A DNA stretch of 64,000 bases, taken from assembly GCA_951406725.2 (NCBI GenBank), contig OX597822.1:88908001-88972000 (forward strand), written 5' to 3'. This stretch comes from Octopus vulgaris. Lineage: Eukaryota. The position numbers and the translations under genes are program-made. Shown piece by piece: positions 1 through 14,103 of this stretch. The notes beneath the pieces were generated by a model. It worked only from the letters and a program-made list of their open reading frames with translations, ran no database searches and was not told the origin of the DNA. Position 1 is the first letter of the stretch. Each line of letters starts with the position of its first letter.

Positions 1-146
1 TATATATTTTTGTATATATATATATATATACACACATCTCTATATGTATATGGAAATATACATGTATATTTATATATATTTTTGTATATATATATATATA
101 TACACACACATCTCTATATGTATATGGAAATATACATGTATATTTA

Positions 147-196
<50 letters not shown>

Positions 197-243
197 CTCT
201 ATATGTATATGGAAATATACATGTATATTTATATATATTTTTG

Positions 244-275
<32 letters not shown>

Positions 276-406
276 TCTATATGTATATGGAAATATACAT
301 GTATATTTATATATATTTTTGTATATATATATATATATATATATATATAACACACACATCTCTATATGTATATGGAAATATACATGTATATTTATATATA
401 TTTTTG

Positions 407-439
<33 letters not shown>

Positions 440-624
440 CTCTATATGTATATGGAAATATACATGTATATTTATATATATTTTTGTATATATATATATA
501 TATACACACATCTCTATATGTATATGGAAATATACATGTATATTTATATATATTTTTGTATATATATATATATATATACACACATCTCTATATGTATATG
601 GAAATATACATGTATATTTATATA

Positions 625-665
<41 letters not shown>

Positions 666-755
666 CTCTATATGTATATGGAAATATACATGTATATTTA
701 TATATATTTTTGTATACATGTATATATATATATATATATACATATACACACACAC
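1..755. repeat. Minisatellite, ~70-85 bp unit (CACACATCTCTATATGTATATGGAAATATACATGTATATTTATATATATTTTTG + (TA)n), about 9-10 copies
   Basis: Unit recurs at ~31, 105, 191, 271, 353, 433, 505, 579 and 659; only the (TA)n length varies. Confidence 0.95.
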
Positions 756-1810
756 AATCTCCTATGACTGTGTTTTGTACTTTTGTCAGTCTTTTTTTAT
801 GTGATCTATATTGCCATGTTCCTCAAATTGTCTCTATCGTTTGGGCTATTAAAAGCAAAACATCCCACTTTTTCATTATCCCTCCTCCTATCCTTTGCAT
901 CAGATCTTTTCATTCTATTATCCTTTTCAATAGTCTTTAAATGTTCTGTTATACTGAACCCCAGTTTTCTTGCTCCATTGGTTCACTATCAAAACTTGTT
1001 TTTTTGTGATGCATCTTGATCTACTTTCTATAATCTTTAGCATGGATGCACGAACATCACACAACTTTTTTCTTCTCTTCTCCATTTCTATATTACTGTT
1101 ATGATTATTTCCAATTTCAAGAATTATTTATTACAAAAATGAAAGAATATTTCTTTTTTCGTTTGTTTGTATTTTCAATTGCAGGTTTTATTTTTAAATT
1201 AATCGTCATCATCATCACCAAAATGTCCATCTTTCCATGCTTGTATGTGTCAAATAGAATTCATTGAAGCAGGTTTCCTATGACCAGATAACTTGTTGCT
1301 TATTGATTTGTATGCAGTGGGTATTTTTACAGTTGGACTCCTGATTGTGGTGTATAGATGATGTTATATTTCTTATCAAACAAAGCTATTATCATCAGAA
1401 CTTCAGCTGTGATTATCCCATCTTATTTTCCGCTACAATGTATCCAGGACTATATTATTCAATGTGTTCTTTTGTAAGATACTATAGTGTGATTTGGGTG
1501 AGATGTGGGTGCTCTGCATAGCAGGTTGAGTGACCATACAGTTACTCTCTGGTCTGTGCAGTAATCATTTACAGCTGAGAGAGAGAGAGCAAAATAAGAA
1601 GTATAAGGTCTTGTCTAACACTGTACAGTTTGGTGATGCCTGGAATATGATTAAAGCTACCTAACTCATAGGTACACATACAAACAAGTACTTTGGTTCT
1701 GTGATTGCTCATTTACTGTAACATTTTGTATTAGTGAATTGGGTTTCTTTTTTGCTACTAAGTAGATTGTCAGAATCTTCAGTGTCAACCAGAATACCTT
1801 GTGAAATTTA

Positions 1811-1986
1811 CAAAGGATGCTAAAAAGTTCCTGGTATTGCAAAAAGCCTGGTTAGAGGCCTAACCTTCCAAATTCTTTTACAGGGCGTAGAAAAACTGAA
1901 GGACTGCTGCAATAAGTGTGTGAATCTGAGAGGGAAGTATGTTGAATAAAATCTTCCAAAGCCAGGAACTTTTCAGAACTCCTTTG
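1811..1986 (+). mobile_element. Mariner-derived MITE (176 bp)
   Basis: TA|CAAAGGATGCTAAAAAGTTCCTGG ... CCAGGAACTTTTCAGAACTCCTTTG|TA imperfect TIRs with TA flanks; interior encodes a mariner C-terminus (QGVEKLKDCCNKCVNLRGKYVE*). Confidence 0.8.
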
Positions 1987-2147
1987 TAATTATAGTTCTT
2001 GACATTCAAAGTTCAAATCCAGCTGAGTTTTGCAGGAACAAATTAACATGAAATTTTTATGGAAGAATCTAATTCAGATAACTTTGAAACAGGAAGTTTG
2101 TATCATAGGATGAAGGGCAATATCAAGTGGGTTGGTATCAAAAGGGT

Positions 2148-2690
2148 GCCAAAACACAATCCATAAAAAGAATATTCACCAGAAAAAACTAATGGTATCT
2201 GTTTGGTGGTCTAACGCTGGTGTCATCCACTAGCTTCATGAGACCTGATAGATGAGATGATGAGTGAACTTGCAATTAAACAACTGAGATTGGTCAATAG
2301 AGACAGGCCAATTCTCTTGCAAAGCAATGCTTGACCACATGTTGCACAAAGAGTGCGACTTAAGTTACAAGAACTGAACTAGGAAGTACTCTGTCATCCA
2401 CCATATTCACCAGACCATGCACCAACTATCACATTTTCCAGGCATTAAACAACTTTTTGCAAGGTAAAAACTTCAAATCTGAAGGAGATGCAAAAACTGC
2501 CTTTCGTTATTTCATCAGTTCTTGCTCTCCAGAATTCTTTGCTGCCAGCATAAATAAGCTACTGACAAAATGGCAAAATTGTGTTGATAATTTAAATGCA
2601 TATTTTGATTAACTGCATTGCTTTTTGTTGAGATAAAGTAAAATAAACTTTCAGTTCAAAATTAGACATTCCATTCTTAATAACCCGATT
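2148..2690 (+). mobile_element. Degenerate mariner transposase, 3' half
   Basis: Broken translation: KKNIHQKKLMVSVWWS, RPILLQSNA*PHVA, HPPYSPDHAPT, INKLLTKWQNCVD. Confidence 0.85.
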
Positions 2691-2834
2691 GTGTACTTTG
2701 AAAGAATTCTAACAAACATTCACTAAATTAGGTAACTGTACCAATAATGTACTGAAAAAGAGTCATGTTGGTTGGGATGAGAAAATACGGACAATAAATC
2801 ACTGTGCAGCCTTAGTTTTTGTTTGATGAAAATA

Positions 2835-3016
2835 ATCTGGTGGATTGGCAAATTCATTAGAGCCTTGCAGTATTTAGGTTCTGAGTTCAAATCTTGTTGA
2901 GGTCAATTTCTACTTTTGTCTTTCTACGATTGGTAAATTACCAGCTAAGCACTGGGATTGATTCAGTCAGCTTATACCCTCAGCCAAAATATGTAGCCTT
3001 GTGCCAATGTTAGAAG
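2835..3016 (+). mobile_element. Degenerate tRNA-derived SINE (same family as 9226-9442)
   Basis: B-box-like GAGTTCAAATC followed by a body similar to the 9226 copy, ending GCCTTGTGCCAATGTTAGAA. Confidence 0.55.
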
Positions 3017-3432
3017 CACATGTTATTAGGATTTGGGTAGGAAGCATTTTTAGTAAGAAGGTAGCTTTGAAAGAGTTCGAATTGACTGGTTTAATCTCCA
3101 AGTGATGTCATTTCGCTTTGTTTATGCCATTATTGCTTTTTTCTTTATTTTTCCCAACCCTAAAATTTAGGATCTTTGTCTTGGTGTACAAAACAAGATT
3201 ATAGAAATGATAGATCACTGGATTATGTGCTTGGCAGCACCCCCACATCCTATGTTGAGTTCCAGTCTCTCTAAAGTGTCATTTCACAAAAACTAAGAAA
3301 AGCCAGTAAGATATTACAATTATTGTTCATTTTTGCTTTTCTTGCTGTCAAACTTTAGTAGTTTTTTTTTTCTTTTGTAACATCAGAGATTGTTATTGTA
3401 ATGTAGGAAACCATTATTTATATATTTTTTAG

Positions 3433-3669
3433 TATCTCCACCTTTGCCTCCTCCTCCAAATCTTGGCCAGCAATCACAGATATCAAGCAGTCCAGCTGTA
3501 CCACAACAATTTGATTATCCACAAGGTGGAGTTCCTCCACCACCACCAGAGTTCAGTGATGCTCTAGATGATGATCAACCACTGCCAATGCCTGAAGAGG
3601 ATCCGTATGCTGCTACTGGACCAGATCTCACTGAACCTCAATGGATGCCAAAGAAATTCCTCGAGAAAG
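3433..3669 (+). CDS. Abi: Abl interactor (Abi), penultimate coding exon (proline-rich region)
   Basis: TTTTTTAG acceptor at 3431-3432 and AAAG|GTGAG donor at 3670; encodes SPPLPPPP...PPPPPEF...DPYA...EPQWMPKKFLEK; phase-1 splice to 5065 gives the Abi-typical LEKVVAIYDY. Confidence 0.9.
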
Positions 3670-4717
3670 GTGAGACTCTATTAATTTATTATATTGATTT
3701 CAGTCATTAGACTCTGCTTTTGAGTTGTGTGTTCCATCAATACTTGCTTTGTCATTTATTCTCTTCTCCAAATATAGAAATTTGGTGGCAAAGAAAAACC
3801 AATGAAATACAAAATTCTTTTAATAATCAGCACTGAAGAGTACCTGCTTACATTTTTAAGAATCATCAGGAAAGAACTGGGCTTCACATAAATTTGTAAG
3901 AAAATTATTTTTGACTTTGTAAAATGTCAAAATGTAAATATTTTCTTACCATTATCTTTCAATGTCCATTCTCTAAACTAGCATGGATTGGATAGTTCAA
4001 AAGGATCTGATGAGTTTAGAGGGTTAAATTGTACTTGCATATCTGTTAAGCTCTTTCTACCACTTTATAGATGCTTTTTTATGGTGCGTGCACAAGTGAG
4101 GTCAAGACTAAAAAGCCCAAAGGAGCCCATATAACTGAGGTTGAATGGGTGGGGGGAGTGGGGGAGAGATGATTTTCAAACAAGGTGATGAAAGAGGGTG
4201 AAATATGATATGAGGAACAGAATTATGGCTATGAGAGTGTGGTAATGGAGAGAGTAACAAAGTTGTTACTATTGGGGAAGGGAGCATGGAATGAATAAAG
4301 GAAAAGAAAGAGATTAGTGTCAGAGGTTAGTGAGAAAGGTAAGAACTGTGATGAGGTGGGTTGTGTACAAGTTCAGGACTATTCTGCATGATGAGAGTAG
4401 GTGTGGGGGAAGGGAATATAGAGAAAATAGACAAGAGTGGAAAGGTTCCAGAAAGAGTCATTGAAAGAGGTGTGTGAAGGGTAAGTCAGAGAAATGAGTG
4501 GATGTAGTGGATGGTGGAGAATTGATGGTAGGAGGACAGCGAAAGAAAAAGAAGCAGAAAAGGAGTGATGGATGATAATGAATGATTAAGCAAGCATCAC
4601 AAGTTTATTGAACTTTTTATTTTTCTAATCTATCATTTACATTTATCTAATTTTTTCTTTAATTATGTTTGATTTTCTGTGTGTGTTAAGCACACCTGAG
4701 TGTTTTGAGAAAATTAA

Positions 4718-4922
4718 CCTTTTTGTTAGTGTATTTCTGTTGATATACTCTACCATTGTTTCAATTAATTTTGAAAACAATGAATTTAGTAAAATAAGTC
4801 ATTATTGTTAAGCTGGTGTTTGGAATATAAATTAACTTGAAATTTTGATAGATTTTAAACTAGATCCCTTTAAAACAGGAAATTTTTATCATAAAACCGA
4901 GAATAGGTTGGTATCAAAAGAG
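4718..4922. mobile_element. piggyBac-like MITE, diverged copy in the last Abi intron
   Basis: TTAA|CCTTTTTGTTAG ... GGTATCAAAAGAG|TTAC; internally similar to 6426-6649. A partial third copy lies at ~2025-2147. Confidence 0.65.
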
Positions 4923-5012
4923 TTACAGTTATATATTTACCATACTGTTTATACATAGATGCCAGTCTCCAGGTAAAGCCTTAAATACACAGTGCTAATA
5001 TTGAAATACTAA

Positions 5013-5228
<216 letters not shown>

Positions 5229-6425
5229 GTATCTGAGAACATTACAGCTGTCTCTTTTATTCTCTTCTCTTTATTAAAACAATAAATAAAGCAAAAAAAA
5301 TCCTACATCTTTTAAATTCCAGCCACCCACCCTTAATTGTATGCCATGATGCATGCAAATTTTTTCTTTTCCCCCAGAATCTTGCTCAAATAATGAGTAT
5401 CAAGGTAGAAATATTTGCTGTGCCTGTTTATAGAATACAAAATACACATTTGCATACATTTCTCTCTTCACTCTTTCCCTTCTGCTTTCAACCATTCTTG
5501 AAATTGGATATTTTAAAATTTAAGAGACAGAAAATAAAACTATAAAAAACAGTTTGGCATCAATATGATTTTGGTGCTTTATGAATATGCTTTGTATTTT
5601 TCTATGAACTTCACAAAGAAAAATACTCCCAACGTTAACTTGTATTTAAACAATAATGAAATTATGTACGAAAAGAAGCCAGCTACGTTTAAAAAACTGA
5701 AACATAACATTGTTCACTAGTGATGAGAGCTGGTTTTCTCACAGTATGTACAAATGTATATCAATGTAAGCGTGCAAGTGAATCACAAAGTGTTATGTTT
5801 TGTATATTTTGTTTTATACATGTATACATATTTCTATACATATACTTTCTTAAAAATATGTATTTAAATATGCAGATAGATGCATTTCTATGCACAGTTG
5901 TAATTGTGTATGTGTATACACACGCACATATACACACACACAGACACATCAAGTCTCTTAGAAATAGCTTTTTACCTTTTAATTTGATTATACTTTTCTT
6001 TTTGACCCTGAAACTGCTTTTCATAATTGTTTACTTTATCTTAAACAAACACGTCTCGATTATTGAAAGTTCTTTTTCTTTTTTTCTTTCAATATTTTGT
6101 TTGTTAATCATTATCTCAATGATTTATTTTACACCTGCTATGTACTGTACTTTTAAATGAGGACATTATATTGTTATGAAAATTAATATATGTATCTATA
6201 AGATATATAGGTTTTATACTACTACTACTATACATTAACTTATTACATCAAGAACAAAAAAAAGTTTTCAAAATTTCTTTTACCAGTGAAATGGTTTGTT
6301 TCCTTTAAATTGTGTAAACTGCTTTTAAGAACTTAAAACAGGAGTAGGTGTTACAAAGTAACTATCCCTTATAAGGTAGTGTTAATCCTCTTTATTTCCT
6401 CCTTTAACCTAAACTGCTTGTTTAA

Positions 6426-6649
6426 CCCTTTTGTTACCATATTTTCATTGAAATACACTGCTTTTGTTTCAATTAATTTAACATAATGGAGAATTTATTC
6501 AGTAAAATAACTTTGTCATTATTAAGCTTAAGCTTGGAACATAAATTATCTTGAAATTTTGATGCAAGATTTTAATTTAGACGACTTTAAAATAAGAAGT
6601 TTTTAGCGTATAACCTGGGGTGGTCTCTGGTGTTTTGGTATCAAAAGGG
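6426..6649. mobile_element. piggyBac-like MITE (224 bp) with TTAA target-site duplication
   Basis: TTAA|CCCTTTTGTTACC ... GGTATCAAAAGGG|TTAA; 13-bp TIR with 1 mismatch and CCC/GGG termini. Confidence 0.85.
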
Positions 6650-7510
6650 TTAAAAATAAAATTGAATCTCATTGCAGGAATTTACATTTTACTTTTCTAT
6701 ATTTTTTTCATTCGTGTCATTTGAAAAAAATCAGAAATAATTGAAGAAGTTGCTACTGAAAGAGGATAAGTCCTGAATAGTTTCTTTTTCAAAAATATTA
6801 TCTAAAGCTAACAGTTGTTCAACTTAGCCAGTATTAATACATTTACATTTCTTCCATCATGACTTCATTTTTGCCCCCTCCCCCACAGTTTTTTTTTTTT
6901 TTTTTTTGTTAATCCTACAAATAACTAGTTTTTGTAACAATGGTCAGAAACTGTTAAAAACGCGATATGTTTTTACATACATATTCCTTTACATTTTTTT
7001 TATTTTGTGTTCAAAATATGTGTAATTTACCAAAGAAATTATCTCCTTTATAATTTTTTTCTTCTCCAGTTGTATCCAATTGTTTTTTTATCCTAATTAA
7101 AAATATCTGTTTCTTCCCAAACTTCTGGAGAACTGAGTCGGTGATCTGGTTTTATAATTCCTAGTTGTAGAGCCACTCATCATTTCAGTCATTTGTACCT
7201 ACTAGTCTCAATTACGCATGGCATTGTACCCATGTAAAAGTTCTTTTTTTTTTTATGTTGCTTTAAATAATCTAGTCTCATCTGTAATCAGTCTTTGTTT
7301 ATTTTTATTTATTTTAAAATACTTTGTTCAGTTATGGAGATGAGTCTGCTTTAAAAATACATGACATTGTATTGGGACCAAGAATCAATATAGACATTCT
7401 TTCTCCCTTTAATAAAATGAGCTCTCTAAATACTTGAGATTTTGCTTTTATAATTTAACTGTATATAATGAATGATATATATATATGTGTGTGTGTGTAT
7501 ATATATATAG

Positions 7511-7542
<32 letters not shown>

Positions 7543-9225
7543 TGCAAACATACAATACATTTTTGTTTTCAATATTATGTAAATTATTCTTGATAAAAAC
7601 CATGAATATTTAAACAAAAAAAGTTTTCATCAGTTGAACATGCTAAATTAAAGAATATTTATTTTTATTTTTTTTCTGCTCCATTTAGGAGAGTCAAAAA
7701 GAAATGAGCTCAACTACAATGTTCAAATTTATCAGCTCAGTATTAGAACAAGGTTCAGTATTAGAACCTTAATTGCTCATTTGAGTAAAATATATCTTTA
7801 AATACTTCGCTGAATAAATTTATTTTGAACTGGTTTTAAAGGAAAATAAATGCTTTTTGCAAAAGATCTTCTAAAAGAAACTGAGTATTTTTTTAAAGTT
7901 TAATATTAGCATGAGATAGATGGTTCTGAAACAATACATATCTGCATGAAATTTAGAGTTGGCTCCCTCTCCTACTGCCAATCACTAACCTTTGAAATAG
8001 GAGTGGTTCCCTTTTTCCAAATATATTATGTTGATTGAGGCAAGCAGATATTACCTGAAATTGATTGCATTCTAATTTGAGTTTGTTTTTTGTAACTTAA
8101 AAGAAAATGAATGACATTAAGCCCTCCTTTGTGGACATGTAATTTAAACTCCCTTCCTATTGTTAGCTTAAAGCAGGTCTTGTTTATATTTCATTAAATT
8201 ACAGGCAACATCGTTTTTATTCAACGGCTATGTATTCAAACAGTGATAACTGCATTTCTTAACAGTATAAATTAGCTTCCTCCTCCTCCCAAATCAGTCA
8301 TAGTTTTGTAGCATAATTTGCAAGGCATAGCTCTTGCAAGTGGTGGACTTTGATAAGCTGGAAGTATTTGACTACTTTTGCCTTCACTGAATCCTCAATG
8401 TTCAAGCTTTGGATTTTGTGTCAATCTGAAGTCTGTGTTTGTCAACAGGTTGTTTCCATTCAACAGCTCTGCCTCAAAAGATGCCCGTTTGTTTGGTTAC
8501 ACACTCCATCATCTATAGGATAAACCCATCTGCAGTACAGTGACCCTAGGGCTTCTTATTTGATGGATTAGTACAATTAAACCAGATCTTGTCCTTGCAT
8601 GTATAGTGTCCTCTATAATAATTGCAACTGGTTGATGGACTCCCATATCAGGAATCTGTAACTAGGCATTGCTGGTTTTTTATGTTCATGACACTTTGGA
8701 TTCAGTGATTTGCCCTTAGCTATCACAACTGATACCATTCTAAAACTGGAAAATAATATTTTCATTAGAAAAAAATTTTGTTGCAATATTATACACTATG
8801 AATATATTTCTAAAATATGGCTTGTTAAAGACCACCCCTTTCAAAATTTCAGTTGTGATTTTATATTGGCAGTATTTACATTACAGTGCCCATCTACTTG
8901 AAATCGTAAGGAATATATAAAGACATTAGGACCCAGTATAGAAATACATTAATCTCTTCGATTTTCAGTGAAATCTGTTTAATAGCTGTTCCAATGAGTT
9001 TTTGATATTTATCAGTCTGTTTATTTGCTATAGCATCATAACCTTACTTGCATTTAACTATAACCCTTTCACTGCCACCATTCATGCAAAGGCCTGTTAA
9101 CTAGTCATAAGTGCTGAATTTTAGTATCAGGGAAATTACTAAATTCTTAGTATTCAGCACCCTCAAAAATATGGTCTGAAAACTTAATGAGTGGAATAAG
9201 GGATTTTTCTGCTGTTATTATATAT

Positions 9226-9442
9226 AAGGTGGTGAACTGGCAGATTTGTTAATGTGACAAACAAAATGTTTTGTGGCATTTCTTTCAGCTCTTTACATTG
9301 AGCTCAAATTCTGCTTCAGGCCAACTTTGCCTTTCATTCTTTCATGGTCAATAAAATAAAGTACCAGTCAAGTCTTGAGATCAATATAATTGACTTGCCC
9401 AGCTCACCTCAAAATTTCTGGCCTTATGCTAAAATTAGAAAG
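9226..9442 (+). mobile_element. tRNA-derived SINE, diverged
   Basis: A-box-like GGTGAACTGGCAGA, B-box-like GAGCTCAAATT, body CTTTGCCTTTCATTC...GGTCAATAAAATAAAGTACCAGT; related pieces at 2835 and 47505-47590. Confidence 0.65.
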
Positions 9443-10494
9443 AAGAATTATATATACATCAGTTGTTAACAAGAAACTTTTTTTCTGTATAGTTTATTAA
9501 ACTTTTCAGTTCACAGAATTTAGTAGTTCGTTCAAGTAATTACAAGATATCCTGATCTCTGAAAGGTAAGTTTTAATGAGATCAATTTCATGTTAATTTA
9601 TTTAAGTTATTTAAAAAACAGAGTACATGCTAAGTTCAGGATATCTCTGACTGAAACTTGCCTTAGCTATAAACATAGACTTTTTGTAAATGTCTTGATA
9701 GAGCAAATTTGTCTGTCTTCCATTTATACCAATCCTGCTACATATTGGTTGTAGATTTCTGAAAACATACACTCCTACACAAATTTTTTGTTATTTCTAA
9801 TATGGTATTTAAGTTTCATTTTGAAATCGTTCCCATTTGTTAAAATCTTATTGCAGCTGAAAAATTAAAGTTGCTGCTACTGTATTTATGTCTTTCCAAC
9901 AGATTAATTTATTCTGAATATATTAGATGCAAAAGTGTGATGTATAATATTTTCTTTTTATTTTAAATGAAGCAAAGTACAAGCTATTTCATCGGTCTAG
10001 AATTCTCCCTTAACCTATCATCTATACTTATATATAGTCAGGCACCTATAAGTATAGTCTATTGCCAAGTTTATTTTTATCTAATTATTTCTAATTTTTA
10101 TTGCTTTTCTTTTTCATTATAAATACATATACTTGCTTTCTTTCTATGGTTTCTATTTGCTTTATTTAAAAAGCCAAAAAATCTAATTCCCCTCCCATTT
10201 TAATTTGAATTATATTAATTTTTTACAATAATAAAGATTGTTTCCTATTTCAGTCAATGAGTATGTTGTTTTTTGAAATTTTACATCCACTAAGAAATGT
10301 GATGAGATAATATTATTGCAATATGAAGTAATATTTCTAACTGCACTATTAAATCTAAATGTTCCTGGAGCACTTGTGCAATATCATTAAGAAGGCTTCA
10401 TTTGCTTTTATTGAAAGCAACTAGTGAAAAGAATATAAAATTCTGTAAATGGTGAAAATATTTTAAATAAATTTGAAGTGTGGGTCTACAACTA

Positions 10495-10875
10495 ATCATC
10501 ATTTAACACCCATTTTCCCAGAGTTTTATTGAGGCAGGCTTTCTACAACCAAATGCCCTTCCTGTTGCCAACCCTAACTTGCTTCCAAGTAAAGTGATAT
10601 TTCCTCAAGGCCAGACATGATTTCACAGAAGATTGGAAATGAATCACGTTGCTCCTAAGATAGTAACTGTCATTTACAACTACCAGATGTCAAGACAAGG
10701 AGTATTAAACATGTACATACTCATATATAAAATGAACTTCTTGCAGTTTCCATCTACCAAATCCATTCACAAGGCTATGGTCAGCCCACAGCTATAGTAG
10801 AAGACACTTTCCCGAGGTGCTGCACAGTGGGACTGAATGTTAGACACGTGGTTGGGAAGCAAGTTTTTAACCATG
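10495..10875 (-). mobile_element. Composite SINE remnant: RTE-type (GAT)n tail plus head of the 14104 SINE family
   Basis: CATCATTTAAC...AATGCCCTTCCTGTTGCCAACC on the left; 10735-10875 is the reverse complement of the 14104 SINE head. Similar composites lie at 28420-29070 and 50255-50630. Confidence 0.6.
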
Positions 10876-11734
10876 CCAATCTAAATAGATTCATAGGGAA
10901 GGAGTACAGAGAGAGAGAAAAAAGGAAATTTTATTTCTTTTTTTTTTTAAAAAAAAAGAGATAGTTGAAGTTATAAAAATTGTAAGGCTTTGAAATGAAG
11001 TGTATATGCAAGGCTAACATTGATACATAAGCTTCAGTTTGAAAAGATATAGGAATAGATAAGAAAATAAGGTGGAAATGAGACATAAAGGTCAGAGGTA
11101 TATAGTGGGGAGTTGACAACAGATAAGTTGGGTGTTGAGAGTGATAGCATATAATGAGATGGTGTTGAGGTCTGGCAGTCCTAAGATGTTATTCAAAGAG
11201 GAAGAGATATCTAGAAGCACAGAAAGAGTGAGCAATGGAAAATAAAGTAGGGGAGAGAGTATACTGAAAATTGTGTGTAAAAAAAAGATAGGGATAAATG
11301 TAATGTGTGTATGGAAGTAAGTGGAGAAAGTATAGGTGAGAATTAGAAAGGTAAGTGAAGAGTAATACAATTGTTTTGTATTTGTTGGATATGATAAAAT
11401 AAAACAAATAAAAAAAAAAGATGAATTCAAAATCATTTGGAATATCATCTAACATTCATTTTACCATGCTTGCATAGGTCAGTTAGAATTTGTTGAGTCA
11501 GACTTTCTGTCACCACCCTTCACCTGTTTCCAAGTAAGGTAATATTTCCCCTTCACCAAACATGTTTCATGTAAGACTGGATATGAATAACATCATGTGT
11601 ATGATAGTAATGCTTGTCTTGTCTGGCTTTGATTTTCAGGTGTTTTAACACCCAGCATAATGAGGGAGTCGTCCCCCAGGCACCATATCATAGCAAAGCA
11701 GATAAACAAAATGCATACATCTAGTATGTGCCAT

Positions 11735-11780
<46 letters not shown>

Positions 11781-14103
11781 ATATATATATATAGCATCAT
11801 GAAAAATGCTAAGTTTTATTAATGAAAGAAAATGGCACATTGAAACAATGGGAGAAGCCATTAATAAATTTCTTATTTAAAGACTTAGTGTTTTTTATTT
11901 AAAAAAATGAAATATTTCCAATACTTCTTAAATGTGACAATGCCATCTTCCTGCTAAAAATAATGGGCCGTACTTGTATATAAAGTATATTGTCGCTTGT
12001 GCTATCAAAAATGATAGCTTTTTACTGTTTCTCTAAATGATATAATATTAATTTTAAATGATAATATTGTATTTACAAAAATTTTACATTTTTATTTAGA
12101 AAATGTTGAAAGACATGCATTTAAATCTCGTACTAAGATTATTTGTATGCTTGTGTTTACATGCGTACATATCTTGTGTAATTATCATTATTTCAAAAGT
12201 TCTTTTATCACAATAATCATAGTAAAACTGTGATTTCCTTGTTTTCTTCGTTATTTACAAGTCTCTTAAGATTGTATTTTTTGTTCTGGTTAAAGCGGCA
12301 TAAACCTACTCATGACTAACACAAAAGAAGGTAAGTAAACACCAACTTGACTAAATGACCGTCCTTATGATTTGTTGATCATGGCAAATGCTGAAGTTGT
12401 GGGAAATTGTCTTCTGTCCACCACACAAGGAATATTTCTATTACTTGGTAACTAGGAATAAGCAGTTACTCTCTTTTCATACTTCCACTTAGTATCTTTC
12501 CATAAACATACATAAATTATGCAGGGACATTAATCAACAAATGGGTGCCATTCAATGACTCTCTTTGTGGACTTACATTATGCAATAACATGATGAGGTA
12601 TCCAGTCTTGAGCTTCAGGTATATCTGGCTGCATTCCTGAAGGAGTCAGAATTCAAAAATTCAACTGGATAATTAACAATAGCAATGTCATCTTCCAAAG
12701 AAATAGTGCCCACACTGGAATATTCCTTTGTCTAGGAAGTAGTGTAATAAAAGACTTATTTACTTATAAACACATTTTTATTTTTCGAGTGGAAATAATT
12801 TTTGAAGCAAGATTTATGTGGTCCTCATTTGTGACGTCAAGAGATTATTCAAATATGTCTCTTACTGTATCTCACTCAAACTACAGTCATTATGGAGTGT
12901 GCCATTACCACCCTGCAATAGCCATCAAGAGAAATCTTGCATTTCAATGCATACGTTTTTTGTAAGGCTTAGTTTGATAACAAATTGTCAGATTTGACAT
13001 TTTTATGCAAGTCTTTAAAATTACTGTATTTAAACATCTAGGTATATAACTGATGGTGACTGGTGAAAGTCTCCATTCAAAAGAACTTTGCTACCAAATG
13101 GCATGTCTGATAGCATAATTTCCTTCAACAGTGTAGCAGGAATGTTCAACAATCACAGTGTATACATGGTGTTGCAATTCACTAGAATATTGCCCACATC
13201 ATCAACGAAATATAACCCATCATGACTTCACATTGAATAGGCTCCAGCAATTTCATCTTTTAGTGAACTTCCTTCTGAGTCGATTCAACACACTGTGACT
13301 ACTTGACAGAGAGCTTTGGGATGCAACACAGAAAGAGCATTGACAGACACTAGGAAATGGCTCAAGAGCAGCTGACAACATAAAGACAATGAACAGTCAA
13401 AGGACAAAAGACATTAGAAGTCAGTTGCACTGCAAGCAACTAATCACCCTTTATTTGCTGTTACAACTACATCAAGAACAATAACATTCAAAACTCTCTT
13501 GATGTTTTTTCACTCGTGGTAACAACATTCATTTTTAGTGTATGAAAAGGATAAAAATTTAGTTTCTCAAAAATCACAACCTTCTATAGTTTTCTTTCAT
13601 ACAACAGGATATCAATTTCAATTGCACAAAGTATTGCTGGGAAGCATCAAGGCTTCATCATCTATTATTAAAACAACAGCTATTATTTTCATGAAGCTAT
13701 CAGAGGGTATTCTCATGTGTGGTGCTGAGTTTCTGACAATTGGAACAAGTTTCGATCCACAATGGATGGTTCTTCTTTCAATAACCAAATCTGCAGTTAT
13801 CCCTGTAGTGGCATAAGAAAGGGTAGTTTTGTTCAGGCTTATCAGATAAATTATCAATGTGTGGTAGCAACATGTTTTGCCGAGCCACCAGGTCTGTCCA
13901 AAAAGAAAAATTTATTTTCTGCATTATCATATTTATTAGCAGTTAAAATATCATCAGATATCTCACATTGCTTTTACGTTAACATTGTTATACACTTTTT
14001 GGTCTTGACACTCCTTGAATTGTCATTTTCAATATTTTCTCCAATGATTTGCATGTGTTTAATAGGCAGATGTTAGTCTTGATAATATAAATCATGTAAG
14101 ATA

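Noticed and set aside
1-940. Long Y/I/H-rich ORFs (also at 39.6, 43.5, 45.6-46.9 and 57.9-58.4 kb)
   Set aside because: These are translations of (TA)n/(TG)n micro- and minisatellites that happen to lack stop codons.
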